Origin: Planctomycetota bacterium
GTDB taxonomy: Bacteria; Planctomycetota; Planctomycetia; Pirellulales; Lacipirellulaceae
Length of the DNA: 49,192 nt
Assembly: GCA_039190745.1 (NCBI GenBank)
Contig: JBCCXZ010000025.1
Location: forward strand, 1 to 49,192
Reading direction: 5' to 3'
Of this stretch, positions 1 to 10,165 are shown one piece after another. Every line of letters begins with the position of its first letter. Position 1 is the stretch's first letter. The notes beneath the pieces are model-generated. The model had not been told where the DNA came from, made no database searches, and saw nothing but the letters and a program-made list of their open reading frames with translations. Both the position numbers and the translations under genes were made by a program.

Positions 1-273
1 CTGGCTTCGGGCCTGGAGGTGGCCGATTGCAGCGGCAACTACCGCCTCTACCGCACCGAGGCCGCCGCGAAGATCGATTGGGGCCGGGTTCGGGCTTCGG
101 GCTACTCGTTCCTGGAAGAGGTCCTCGCCGAACTCCGTCGGCAAGGGGCGGGGATGGTCGAAACCCCCATCACCTTCCGTGAACGCCGTGCGGGGGCCTC
201 GAAGGCCGGCCTGGGCGAGGCCGCGGGCAAGCTGCGATCGCTCGTGAGGTTGTCGCTCGACCGGCTCCGCTGA
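1..273 (+). CDS. GT2 glycosyltransferase (polyprenol-phosphate mannose synthase-like), C-terminal part, truncated by window edge
   Basis: Frame open from base 1; DCSGNYRLYR, SGYSFLEEVL and ETPITFRERRAGASK are typical DPM1-like C-terminal motifs. Confidence 0.8.
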   Translation: MASGLEVADCSGNYRLYRTEAAAKIDWGRVRASGYSFLEEVLAELRRQGAGMVETPITFRERRAGASKAGLGEAAGKLRSLVRLSLDRLR

Positions 274-459
274 GCGCCGGGTCGGTCCGCCTGAAACGGT
301 TGTGCTGCTCGGGATGCCGTCTCGCGTGCCCGCTGAGCGGCTCGATGAGCCCGGCTCTTCTGTGAGCGCCGTACGCTTTCGGGGTCTCTTTCCCTGGATG
401 TTTCTTGAGCCCGCGGCTTGCGGCGTCTCTTTTCAAACTAACTGTGAGTGGGTGACGGC

Positions 460-1695
460 ATGGCACGCGGCAACGACAAGCGGATCGGCGTACTGACCAG
501 CGGCGGGGACTGCCCGGGGCTCAACGCGGTGATCCGCGGCGTGGTGAAGTCGTCGTGGCAGATGGGGTACGACTGTGTCGGCTTCCTCAAGGGGTACGAG
601 GGGCTCTACGACCCCGTGCAGTACATCACCCTGACGAAGAAGAACACCACGGGCATCCTGAACCGGGGCGGGACGATCCTGGGTTCGAACAACAAGGGCC
701 GGTTCGCGGCGACCGTCGGCGTGCAGGACCGAGTCGACATCGACCCGGAACTGCTCGACGGCGTGGCCGACACGGTCGAGCAGCTGGGCATTTCTGGCCT
801 GGTGTGCGTGGGCGGCGACGGTTCACTCGCCATTGCCCAGCAGTTTCACGAGCACGGCATCCCGGTCGTGGGCGTGCCGAAGACGATCGACAACGACCTC
901 TCGGCGACCGCGTTTACCTTTGGGTTCGACAGCGCCGTCGAGTGTGCGACCAACGCCCTCGACCGGCTGCACACAACCGCCGCGAGCCACGAGCGGGTGA
1001 TGGTGCTGGAGGTGATGGGCCGGCACGCGGGCTGGATCGCCCTGCACGCGGGCATCGCGGGCGGCGGGGACGTGATCCTGATCCCCGAGATCGGTTGGGA
1101 CTACGAGGCTGTGTGCCACAAAATCCTGGACCGCGAGGCGAACGGCAAGCGGTTCACGCTGGTGGTGGTTGCCGAAGGGGCGGAGCTACCCGGCGGCGAT
1201 TTGGTCGGACAGGATCAGCACGGCGGGCAGGCACGGCTGGGCGGCATCGGGGAGATCGTCGCCAAAGAGATCGAGCGGCGGCTGCACCGCGAGACGCGGG
1301 TCTCGGTGCTCGGCCACCTGCAGCGGGGCGGTTCGCCGACGACCTTCGACCGCGTGCTTGCCACGCAGTACGGCGCCCACGCGGCACGGCTGATCCACGA
1401 GGAGCGCTTCGGCGAAATGGTGTGCTACCACCCGCCGGAGATTTCGAGCGTGCCGATCATGGAAGCGGTCAACCAGATCCGACAAGTAGACCCCAACGGC
1501 TCGGCGGTCCAAGCCGCACGGGCGCTGGGCATTTCGTTCGGCGATGCGTTGCACGACCAAAACCCGTTCGAGCTCAAGAGTGGCGGCTCGTTTGGGTTGA
1601 ACGACGTGGCGGACGCGGCGGACGTTGCCGAGGACGCCGAGTTCACTCTCGACATGGCCGAGGCGGCGGCGGAAGAGGCCCTGAGCGAGAGCTGA
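460..1695 (+). CDS. pfkA: 6-phosphofructokinase (PfkA family)
   Basis: TSGGDCPGLN, GGDGS, PKTIDND, EVMGRHAGW and LGHLQRGG motifs; ATG at 460. Confidence 0.93.
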   Translation: MARGNDKRIGVLTSGGDCPGLNAVIRGVVKSSWQMGYDCVGFLKGYEGLYDPVQYITLTKKNTTGILNRGGTILGSNNKGRFAATVGVQDRVDIDPELLDGVADTVEQLGISGLVCVGGDGSLAIAQQFHEHGIPVVGVPKTIDNDLSATAFTFGFDSAVECATNALDRLHTTAASHERVMVLEVMGRHAGWIALHAGIAGGGDVILIPEIGWDYEAVCHKILDREANGKRFTLVVVAEGAELPGGDLVGQDQHGGQARLGGIGEIVAKEIERRLHRETRVSVLGHLQRGGSPTTFDRVLATQYGAHAARLIHEERFGEMVCYHPPEISSVPIMEAVNQIRQVDPNGSAVQAARALGISFGDALHDQNPFELKSGGSFGLNDVADAADVAEDAEFTLDMAEAAAEEALSES

Positions 1696-1740
1696 GCCGG
1701 GGCGGTTGCGGACCGGGCGGGGGGCGTCGACAATCCCCGG

Positions 1741-2934
1741 ATGCAATACCGACGATTCGGCCGTACCGAGCTGCAGATGCCCGTGTTTAGCTGCGGGGGC
1801 ATGCGCTATCAGCACCAGTGGGACGACCTCCCGCTTTCGGAGGTGCCGCCCGAGGGGCAGGCGAACCTCGAAGCGACGATTCGTCGGTCGCTTGAGCTGG
1901 GCATCAACCACATCGAGACCGCCCGGGGTTACGGCAGCAGCGAGCGTCAGCTCGGGGTGATCCTGCCTACGATTCCACGCGACGAGTTGATCGTTCAGAC
2001 GAAGATTGCGCCAACCAAAGACCCGGGCGAGTTCGTCGAACACTTTCGGGAGTCGCTCGAGCGGCTGCGTCTGGATTATGTCGACCTGCTGGGCCTGCAC
2101 GGGATCAACACGCACGAGATCCTGTGGTGGTCGACGCGCCCCGGGGGCTGCCTGGCGGCGGCCCGGCAGCTGCAAGCGGAAGGGCTCGTCCGGCACGTCG
2201 GGTTCTCGACGCACGGTTCGACCGACCTGATCCTCGACGCGATCCGTCACGAGGGCGACGGCGGGTTCGACTACGTGAACCTTCACTGGTACTACATCTT
2301 CCAGCGGAACTGGCCGGCAGTGCAGGCAGCCAACGAACGCGACATGGGCGTGTTCATCATCAGCCCCAGCGACAAGGGCGGGATGCTGTACAAGCCGCCG
2401 GCGAAGCTGGTCGAGCTGTGCCAACCGTTGCACCCGCTGGTGTTCAACTGCGTGTTCTGCTTGAGCCGGCCGGAGGTGCACACGCTGAGCCTGGGCGCCT
2501 CGTGCCGTAGCGACTTCGACCTGCAGGTCTCGTCGCTGCCGCACTTGGACGGTGCTTCGGAGGTGCTGCCTCGGATTGTGGAGCGGCTTGAATCGGTGAT
2601 GCACCAGGCGGTCGACCCCGAGTTGGCCAAGCGGTTTGCGGAGGGTTTGCCGGACTGGGAATCGGCTCCCGGGTACATGAACTTGGCGATCATACTCTGG
2701 CTGCGCAACCTGGCACTCGCTTACGACATGGTCGACTACGGCAAGATGCGGTACGGCCTGCTTGGCAACGGCGGGCACTGGTTCCCGGGGCTCAACGCGG
2801 CCCACGTCAGCGAACTCGACCTGGAGAAGGCCGTGGCGAAGTCACCGTTCGCCAAAGAGATTCCCGGCTGGCTGCGCGAAGCGCACGAGCTCCTCTGGGA
2901 AGCGCCGAAAAAGCGGCTCAGCGAGGGCGGCTGA
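1741..2934 (+). CDS. Aldo/keto reductase
   Basis: MQYRRFGRT start, [39 protein letters not shown]. Confidence 0.88.
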   Translation: MQYRRFGRTELQMPVFSCGGMRYQHQWDDLPLSEVPPEGQANLEATIRRSLELGINHIETARGYGSSERQLGVILPTIPRDELIVQTKIAPTKDPGEFVEHFRESLERLRLDYVDLLGLHGINTHEILWWSTRPGGCLAAARQLQAEGLVRHVGFSTHGSTDLILDAIRHEGDGGFDYVNLHWYYIFQRNWPAVQAANERDMGVFIISPSDKGGMLYKPPAKLVELCQPLHPLVFNCVFCLSRPEVHTLSLGASCRSDFDLQVSSLPHLDGASEVLPRIVERLESVMHQAVDPELAKRFAEGLPDWESAPGYMNLAIILWLRNLALAYDMVDYGKMRYGLLGNGGHWFPGLNAAHVSELDLEKAVAKSPFAKEIPGWLREAHELLWEAPKKRLSEGG

Positions 2935-3051
2935 TGCTGTTTGTGGCCCGCCGCTTTTATGCGTGCCGCGGAGCCGATAGAATCCCGCCGTGCGATGCAC
3001 TCTTCTGGTTTCTACTCCACACCGGCTTCTTTTAACTCCGGAGCTTTGCAG

Positions 3052-5007
3052 ATGGCCGACCACGGCGGACAGATCGATACGGTAATGCACGAGGATCGGT
3101 TGTTCCCGCCGAGCGACGAATTCTCTTCCGGGGCCCGCATCAAATCGCTGGACGAGTACCAGGAGCTTTGGGACCGAGCGAAGGCCGACCCGCCGGCGTT
3201 CTGGGCCGAACTCGCCCGGGAAGAGCTGCACTGGTTCGAACCCTTCACCGAGACGCTGCAGTGGGAAGAGCCGTTCGCCAAGTGGTTCGTCGGGGGCAAG
3301 ACGAATGCGTGCTACAACTGCGTCGACCGCAACATCGACATGGGCCGCGGCGACAAGCCGGCAATCGTCTGGGAGGGCGAGCCGGGCGACAGCCGGACGC
3401 TGACCTACAACGAGCTGCGTGAGGAGGTCTGCAAGTTCGCCAACTGCCTGAAGTACCTCGGCATCCGGCAGGGCGACGTGGTGTCGATCTACATGCCGAT
3501 GACGCCTGAGCTGGCGATCGCGATGCTCGCCTGCGCGCGGATCGGGGCGGTCCACTCGGTGATCTTCGCAGGTTTCTCCGCCGAGGCGATCGCCGACCGG
3601 AACAACGACGCCCAGGCCAAGCTGCAGATCACCGCCGACGCGGGCTGGCGCCGCGGCAAGGCGCTGCCGCTCAAGCAAACGGTGGACGAGGCGCTCGAGA
3701 AGTCGCCGACCGTCGAGCACTGCGTGGTGCTCGACCGGGTGAACGAAGCGATCAACATGAAGAAGGGCCGCGACCACTGGTGGCACGAACTGATGGACGA
3801 GGCCTCGTCCGAGTGCCCCGCCGAGCCGCTCGACAGCGAGACGCCGCTTTTCATCCTCTACACCAGCGGTTCGACCGGCAAACCGAAGGGGATCAAGCAC
3901 ACGACGGCCGGGTACAACCTGTATGCGAAGAAGACCTTCCAGTGGGTGTTCGACCACCGTGACGACGACATCTATTGGTGCACCGCCGATTGCGGGTGGA
4001 TCACCGGGCACAGCTATATCGTGTACGGCCCGCTGGCGTCGGGGGCTACGTGCGTGATGTACGAGGGCGCCCCGAACTTTCCGGACGAGGGGCGGTTCTG
4101 GGAGATCGTCGAGAAGTACCGGGTGACGCTGTTCTACACGGCGCCAACCGCTATACGGGCCTTCATCAAGTGGGGCGATCACCACGTGGACAAAGCCGAC
4201 CTGACGAGCCTGCGGCTCTTGGGCACGGTTGGCGAGGGCATCAACCCCGAGGCATGGATGTGGTACCACGAGAAGATCGGCGGCGGGCGTTGCCCGATTG
4301 TCGACACGTGGTGGCAGACCGAGACGGGCGGCATCATGATGAGCCCGCTGCCGGGCGCGATCCCGACAAAGCCGGGGAGCTGCACCAAGCCGCTGCCGGG
4401 TATCATTCCAGAGATCGTCGACGAGGACGGCGGGGTCGTCGACGACAACCACGGCGGGTGGCTGACGATCGCGCACCCGTGGCCGGGGATGCTCCGGGGC
4501 ATCTGGGGCGACGACGAGCGCTACCAGGACGTTTATTGGAGCAAGGTCCCCGGCAAGTACCTCGCCGGCGACAACGCCCGCCGCGACGGGGACGGCTACT
4601 ACTGGATCATGGGCCGGATCGACGACGTGCTGAACGTCTCCGGCCATCGGCTGAGCACGATCGAGATCGAGAGCGCGTTGGTCTCGCACCCGAACGTGGC
4701 CGAGGCCGCGGCGGTGGGTCGGCCGGACGAGTTGAAGGGCGAGGCGGTCGCGGTGTTCGTCACCCTCTGCGACGCGGAGGCGGGCGACGACTTGCGGGCG
4801 TCGCTAACGCAGCACGTCCGCAAAGAGATCGGGGCTCTGGCCCAGCCGGACGACATCCGCTTTACCAGCTCTCTGCCGAAGACGCGCAGCGGCAAGATCA
4901 TGCGGCGTCTGCTGCGGGACATCGCCGCGGGGAAAGAGACCGTTGGCGACACCACCACGCTCGAGGACTACACCGTGCTGGCGAACTTGCGGGAAGACGA
5001 GGAGTAG
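3052..5007 (+). CDS. acs: Acetyl-CoA synthetase (acetate-CoA ligase)
   Basis: [49 protein letters not shown] 3052 preferred to TTG 2941. Confidence 0.96.
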   Translation: MADHGGQIDTVMHEDRLFPPSDEFSSGARIKSLDEYQELWDRAKADPPAFWAELAREELHWFEPFTETLQWEEPFAKWFVGGKTNACYNCVDRNIDMGRGDKPAIVWEGEPGDSRTLTYNELREEVCKFANCLKYLGIRQGDVVSIYMPMTPELAIAMLACARIGAVHSVIFAGFSAEAIADRNNDAQAKLQITADAGWRRGKALPLKQTVDEALEKSPTVEHCVVLDRVNEAINMKKGRDHWWHELMDEASSECPAEPLDSETPLFILYTSGSTGKPKGIKHTTAGYNLYAKKTFQWVFDHRDDDIYWCTADCGWITGHSYIVYGPLASGATCVMYEGAPNFPDEGRFWEIVEKYRVTLFYTAPTAIRAFIKWGDHHVDKADLTSLRLLGTVGEGINPEAWMWYHEKIGGGRCPIVDTWWQTETGGIMMSPLPGAIPTKPGSCTKPLPGIIPEIVDEDGGVVDDNHGGWLTIAHPWPGMLRGIWGDDERYQDVYWSKVPGKYLAGDNARRDGDGYYWIMGRIDDVLNVSGHRLSTIEIESALVSHPNVAEAAAVGRPDELKGEAVAVFVTLCDAEAGDDLRASLTQHVRKEIGALAQPDDIRFTSSLPKTRSGKIMRRLLRDIAAGKETVGDTTTLEDYTVLANLREDEE

Positions 5008-5088
5008 CCGCCAGAGGCTCGCAGGAATTCACCCCCGCATTCTAGTTGAGCGAGGCCGCGGAGAACCTCTCAGTTCACGTCCGAGCCG

Positions 5089-5463
5089 ATGAGCGAGTAC
5101 CCAACGCATACGATCCTGTGGCGCGGCATGGACGAGAATGAGCGAGCCCTGGATCCCGTTACGCTCAGCCAGTGGCGTCAAGCCACGAAGAACTTCCCGT
5201 CGTTCCACGTGACCGACAGGCTCCGGCAGCAGAACCCGTTCACGCACGAGTTCCTCGAATTCCGGAGCGAGGGCAGCGGGTACTGGGAGTGCAAGGCGCT
5301 GGAAGGCCCTGTCTGGTCTGAGGACGACCTGGTGTGGTTCCGCTACACGGGCGCGGCCGTTCTCTTCATCTTGTTCAACAATCGGGAAGACCCGGAGTTG
5401 TTTTCCTTGGCCAACAGCCTCAATGCGTGGTTGTCGCCCTATCAGATCGGCGAGCCAGACTGA
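5089..5463 (+). CDS. Hypothetical protein (124 aa)
   Basis: ATG-started ORF with protein-like composition; no family recognised. Confidence 0.6.
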   Translation: MSEYPTHTILWRGMDENERALDPVTLSQWRQATKNFPSFHVTDRLRQQNPFTHEFLEFRSEGSGYWECKALEGPVWSEDDLVWFRYTGAAVLFILFNNREDPELFSLANSLNAWLSPYQIGEPD

Positions 5464-6152
5464 AGGCAACCAACGGTTCGCCGCCATCAACGGAGCGGGC
5501 CGGGGTCTATGTGGGGTTGCCCAGCGACTCGTAGAGCCGCGGCTGCTCTCGCAGTGACAGAATCATGTCCGTTTTGGGTCAAGGGCGGTTGCAGAAGTCA
5601 CTCGGCTGCGACTTCGGCGGTCGGCGCAATTCTTTGTTGTTGCTCACGTTGCGGGCTTGTGGGCCGGGCGGGCTCGGGGGTGTTTTACACACGGTCTGCG
5701 AGCGGCCACGAACGGAATGGGTTCTCGCAGAGGCGCGGAGACGCAAAGAGGGTAGAGGCCGCGGGCCCCTCTGATTGAGGCTTAACAGCCGATTGCGAAC
5801 GGCTCGGTTGCCAAAGAACGGGGCTTGGGCGGGTATACTGCACATCTGATAACGTGGCCTTTTTCGAGGAAGATGAGAGAGAGCCGCCGAAGGACGCAGA
5901 TGGGCGGCCTTCACTTGCTGGGTTCTGAAGCGAGGCGCCAGGAGTCAGCCTGCTCAGGTACTTCGCTCGTTGATGCCGGCAGACCCAGGTGGCAGGCGTT
6001 CGTTGATGCCGCGCGTAGGCTTGTGATGACCTGTTACGCGATGGGCAAGAACAGCGTGCATGGGAGGGCGGACGCTTGGCCGGCACGACTGCCGCTGCTA
6101 TGCGACAGTTTCACCGTGTTGTAACGGCTGTCTTACCGTGCAAGAACATCTG

Positions 6153-6181
6153 CATGCCCACGCGAGCGTGGGCATGGCACC
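6153..6181 (-). repeat. REP-like palindrome CATGCCCACGC-GA-GCGTGGGCATG with GCACC tail
   Basis: Perfect 11-bp inverted repeat in an intergenic position. Confidence 0.7.
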
Positions 6182-6462
6182 GGGCGAGGAGTTGGGCGTC
6201 CGGTCGCTGATCAACCCCAACCACGGTCGGCCGGCCGACAAGGAACCCGCCGGCCATTACCGACGCCAGATGAAGCGTCACCTGCCCGAGAGCCGCTACG
6301 GTCAGCGGTGGCAGGTCGAGACCGTCTTCCCAATGATCAAACGCTGCTCCGGAGAGGTCGTCGACGCACGCACCTACTGAAGAAGGTCACGCCTGCTCCC
6401 TCCTCAAGACGCTTACACACAACATCGCGATCCTCTAGCTGCGCTGAGGTTTTCTACTGAGC
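6182..6462 (+). pseudogene. C-terminal remnant of an IS4/IS5-like DDE transposase with a probable right terminal repeat
   Basis: YGQRWQVETVFPMIKR fits the Y-x2-R-x3-E-x6-K (YREK) signature. Premature stop at 6378-6380, no N-terminus, followed by GGTTTTCTACTGAGC. Confidence 0.75.
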
Positions 6463-6742
6463 AGTCGCAAGTCCTTTCCAATAAGCCACTTGCGCCCTGC
6501 AAGGCAATCGCGTTCAAGCTGTCGGGAAAACAGTGGGCCGGAGGCTCTCGACGATTAGCTCGACGTTGCCGAGTACGTCGGCAGCAATCGGGCTAGCCCT
6601 GCAAAGTAGAGGTTATTGCCTTAAGTCACTGTAAACGTTAGACTTACTACAGAAGTCCGTACAGGCCTGCCGACAGGTGTACGCAAGCACACCAGAAAGC
6701 GATGGGCAGGCGGAAATCCAAGGATGATTACGGAGCTCAGCT

Positions 6743-7717
6743 ATGGCAACGGTAGCAGTTGACAGATTCAGACTAGACAGCTTGATCCACGGCACTGTTA
6801 AGGATTTAGTCAGACAGACTATTGAGTCTGAGATCAGCCTTGAGGTTGAGTACGACAATGAAGCGTTGGATCAAATCTATATGTGCAATCGACGACTACT
6901 CGATTGCTTGCACTACAGGTATTGGCTATCGCTGAACGACGATAATAAGTGGACAAGTGACCAAGAAGAATACCTGCTAGAGCTTAGCAAGACGAGGTTC
7001 TCCGAGCAGCCCTCTTTTAGCTACGAGAAGACGTTTACAAGGTTGCAAACACCCGCGATTACACAGCCAATCAAAGAGTTCAAGATACTGCTTGTGGAGT
7101 TACGCGACCGCGGGCTTGCACCTAAGGTTGCCTGCGGTAACTCCCGCTTGTTGAGATACGAAGTCGTATGCGAGTGTTTACTGAGCGACTCACTAAGAAT
7201 TAAGCCGATTCTCGCAGATAGCCTCTCTGCTCTCCGAAACGTTGCTGAAAGGTTATCTGCTTCAGTAGGTCGAGAGAAACTGTATGTACGAAACATTCGA
7301 ACTCGTCGCGACAGCATTCAAGACTTATTTTCTTGGCGATTCCTTAAGTATGGGGACGACCCTGCACTAGGAAGCATTGAACCGCACGAGGATGAGCCTG
7401 AGAACGTTACATCAGAAACATGCGACAATATTGAGAACGGTATTGACAGCTTTGTAGAGACACTCGCATCGTATAGAACTCAGCAGGAACTGCGTCGTCA
7501 ATCGCTGACAGAGTTCACGAATGTACTCCAAAGAGTCAAAAAGCAGATATCTGATGATGTTGAACTAATGAAGGCGAGGTCGGAGAGACTGGAGCCAGCA
7601 CAGCGAAAACTGTCAGGTTCGCTTGATAGTCTCGAAGATGCGATTCGCAGTGCGAAAGAGATCTCGAATGGACTGAAAGTTAGCCGATTCAACGGATCAC
7701 GTTTTACGAGTCGTTAA
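6743..7717 (+). CDS. Hypothetical protein, low GC, C-terminal coiled coil (324 aa)
   Basis: Long ORF in visibly AT-richer DNA; heptad-like E/K/R/L-rich C-terminus. Confidence 0.7.
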   Translation: MATVAVDRFRLDSLIHGTVKDLVRQTIESEISLEVEYDNEALDQIYMCNRRLLDCLHYRYWLSLNDDNKWTSDQEEYLLELSKTRFSEQPSFSYEKTFTRLQTPAITQPIKEFKILLVELRDRGLAPKVACGNSRLLRYEVVCECLLSDSLRIKPILADSLSALRNVAERLSASVGREKLYVRNIRTRRDSIQDLFSWRFLKYGDDPALGSIEPHEDEPENVTSETCDNIENGIDSFVETLASYRTQQELRRQSLTEFTNVLQRVKKQISDDVELMKARSERLEPAQRKLSGSLDSLEDAIRSAKEISNGLKVSRFNGSRFTSR

Positions 7718-7776
7718 CTTACCCCTCGTCTAATGCTGCTCAGCGAATAGCTGATCAATTCGCAAAAGGATTTCGC

Positions 7777-8289
7777 ATGTCGCAGGATGTGAATCGAAGG
7801 TTGCACGATATTGAACGACGCCTGGACCGAATGCATTCTGAGTTTACTCGTGTCGTCAATCCGAAAGGCCAACGCAATCACGATGTGAAAACGGATGAGA
7901 TATTATCTGATCTCGGGGGCGAATTGCGTGATCTCACAGAAGCAATCGCTGGCCTTTCCGATCAAGTTGAGAGTGCCAACAGCCTCGGCGTCGAAAACGC
8001 CGACAGGCTGGATGAGCAGATACCAGAAGTCCAAAAGCTGTTGAGCGAAGCTTTTGAGCACCTGGCGGTGTTGGACCAAGAGTTGCAACGACAGCAAAGT
8101 GCTGACGACAATGTTGCAGGTCAACTTCGCAGCATGCTCGGCAAAGATATGTCAGAAGCGGATGCCCTGGAAGTCATAAAGTCCTTTATGCGAGTGATTG
8201 CCGATAGGTTAGATAGAGGCCAGACACCTCCCCTAAATAATCGAGAGATAGCGGAAAAAGATGCTGCCTCTGATAATGGCAGCGCCTAA
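7777..8289 (+). CDS. Hypothetical coiled-coil protein, low GC (170 aa)
   Basis: AAAGGA RBS upstream; helical acidic composition. Confidence 0.72.
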   Translation: MSQDVNRRLHDIERRLDRMHSEFTRVVNPKGQRNHDVKTDEILSDLGGELRDLTEAIAGLSDQVESANSLGVENADRLDEQIPEVQKLLSEAFEHLAVLDQELQRQQSADDNVAGQLRSMLGKDMSEADALEVIKSFMRVIADRLDRGQTPPLNNREIAEKDAASDNGSA

Positions 8290-8419
8290 GGCGAAGCAAC
8301 TCCTGCAAGCCTCCCGTGCTTTGGGGACAGAAGAACGGCAGAAGAACGGGGACGCAGCTCGTTTTTTGGGCTCCCCGCCGCAGGCTAGAAACAGCTTCGC
8401 CCCCCTTTAATTTCTGTTT

Positions 8420-8836
8420 CTAACGCACCTTGGTCATCTTGAAGTAGCCCACGTGGTCGTCCGTGTTGTAGCGGGCGAAGAAGGTGCAGCCGTCGGACGA
8501 GCCGCGGACCCAGTACCAGTCCCAGATCGGGAGCTTCTTCTTCATGCGGAAGTGGTACTTGCCCGTTTGGGCGTTGTAGCACGCCTTGAAGTGCATGGTG
8601 TAGACGTACGGCATAACCTTGAATGCCCGACCGGAGAACACGGCTTTGTAGCAGTTGGGGCCGGTCTTGGTGATGCGGGCGTTGCAGGTGCCTTTCAGAC
8701 CGTCGGTGCAGCCGTGCCAGACGCCTTTCCACTTGCCGCAGAGGTCCGCCGCATCGGCGGTCTGCGGGCTGAGGAAGAAGAGAGACAACACGAGTGCCGA
8801 CGCGGCGGTGATGGTCCGTGGGGAGGTTCTGGACAT
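8420..8836 (-). CDS. Small secreted basic, Cys/aromatic-rich beta-strand protein
   Basis: Signal peptide ending TADA; GKWKGVWHGC...HVGYFKMTK; ATG at 8836. Confidence 0.75.
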   Translation of the reverse strand: MSRTSPRTITAASALVLSLFFLSPQTADAADLCGKWKGVWHGCTDGLKGTCNARITKTGPNCYKAVFSGRAFKVMPYVYTMHFKACYNAQTGKYHFRMKKKLPIWDWYWVRGSSDGCTFFARYNTDDHVGYFKMTKVR

Positions 8837-8918
8837 GTCGCCGCTCCGGCTTGCGGGGTGATAGAAAGTAGGGACTCGTAAACAGTCAGAGTTAGGAGTG
8901 CACAACCCGGTCGGACGG

Positions 8919-9971
8919 CTACTTCGCCGCGGGGGCCGGCGTCGCGGCCACCGCCGCTTCGGACTCTTCCGCTTCGAGAGACGCCTCTTCGGCTTCTGCA
9001 GCGGCGATTGATTGTTCGAAGCGGTCGACCTCCTCACGGCGCGAGAGCTGGATCGCTGGCCCGAGGGCTTCCAAGGCGCGGTCGAGGGCGGGCCGTAGCA
9101 TCATCACGTCGACCAGCATGTGCTGCACACGGCCGATCGTGCCCTCGGCACGGAGGACTCCCGCACGCAGGTCGAGCAGCCCGGCGAGGGCCGTGGAGGC
9201 TTCCGGCAGGTCATCCGTACCAGCGATGATGCCCTCTTTCAGGTCCACGAGTCGGTCGAGGCGGGCCATCGAGGCGTCGGCTTGCTGGGCTTCCCGGGCG
9301 ACGCGGCCGCAGAACTCGGCGAAGCTGTCAGCGGCCAGCTCGGCTTGCCGGACCACGATCTGGTCGTCGACGATGTCTTGCTGCAGCGTCGCGGAACGCT
9401 CGGCGGCGGCCTCCGCGGCGGCAATCAGCGGCATCGCGTCGCTCAAGCGAGAGATCAGGCCCTGCACGCGGGCCAGCACCGGGGTCGATCCGGTCAGGCG
9501 GAGTTGGGCGTCGATCAGCTTGCACTGGAGGTCGTCTAGCTGCGAAAGAGAATGCTCAGCGATAGCCGCCGACTGCTGGGATGCGCTCGAAGCCGCGGCC
9601 AGCGACAATTCCGCGCTCCGCGTCGCGTGGGCCAGCTGCTCGGCCTGCTCGACAATCTGGCGACGGAGCACGTCGATGTGGCTCACCGCCTGCTGGGCCT
9701 GGATGGCGTGCTGTCCCTGCTGATCGATCAACTCCATGACGCTCGCTGCGCGTTCAACCGAGACGCACTTTACGGTGAGCTGGTCGACGGTTTCAGCGAG
9801 GCGGTTGCAGGTGCGTTCCAGCTGCCGGATGTGCTGCTGGGCGGGGCGGACGAACCAGAAGAAGACGATCGAGAGCGTCGCCGCGGACGCGAGCAGTACG
9901 GACGTCCAGTTTGTCCCGTTGTGGGACGTTTCCTGGATAGCGTGATCCTCAGCGTGACTCGTGGGAGCCAT
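8919..9971 (-). CDS. Single-TM, long coiled-coil hypothetical protein
   Basis: AGGAGG RBS; TM segment VLLASAATLSIVFFWFV followed by about 300 aa of Ala/Gln/Leu helical sequence. Confidence 0.78.
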   Translation of the reverse strand: MAPTSHAEDHAIQETSHNGTNWTSVLLASAATLSIVFFWFVRPAQQHIRQLERTCNRLAETVDQLTVKCVSVERAASVMELIDQQGQHAIQAQQAVSHIDVLRRQIVEQAEQLAHATRSAELSLAAASSASQQSAAIAEHSLSQLDDLQCKLIDAQLRLTGSTPVLARVQGLISRLSDAMPLIAAAEAAAERSATLQQDIVDDQIVVRQAELAADSFAEFCGRVAREAQQADASMARLDRLVDLKEGIIAGTDDLPEASTALAGLLDLRAGVLRAEGTIGRVQHMLVDVMMLRPALDRALEALGPAIQLSRREEVDRFEQSIAAAEAEEASLEAEESEAAVAATPAPAAK

Positions 9972-9995
9972 GGTACCGGACCTCCTGTTCGGGCG

Positions 9996-10023
9996 AAAAA
10001 AGACCACCCAAGCGGGGCGGTCT
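9996..10023 (-). terminator. Intrinsic terminator-like hairpin downstream of cheB
   Basis: Minus strand AGACCGCCC-CGCTT-GGGTGGTCT followed by T-run. Confidence 0.65.
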
Positions 10024-10165
10024 GCGCGTTCCATTCGCTTTACGTGATCGGCCGGCTTTGCCTCGACGCGTCGGCGAATCCCCCGCAGACCGGATCGTCT
10101 CGGCTGTTCCGATCAGTCGGGTCGCCCGCGAGGGAGCGGTTCGGCCGGTGCTGCGCTCGGAAGAA

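Noticed and set aside
5825..6124. 99-aa ORF next to a REP, considered as a RAYT remnant; a TATACT box is nearby
   Set aside because: No HUH or other Y1 motifs, and the candidate -35 element is spaced about 20 bp away.
6702..6755. Short ORF overlapping the start of the 324-aa gene, as a possible frameshifted N-terminus
   Set aside because: Only 17 codons, with no slippery site or homology evidence.
10030..10165. c-di-GMP-I or ZTP riboswitch call based on GCAAAGCC and GACTGATCGGAA
   Set aside because: The remaining consensus elements are missing; kept only as an unassigned switch.
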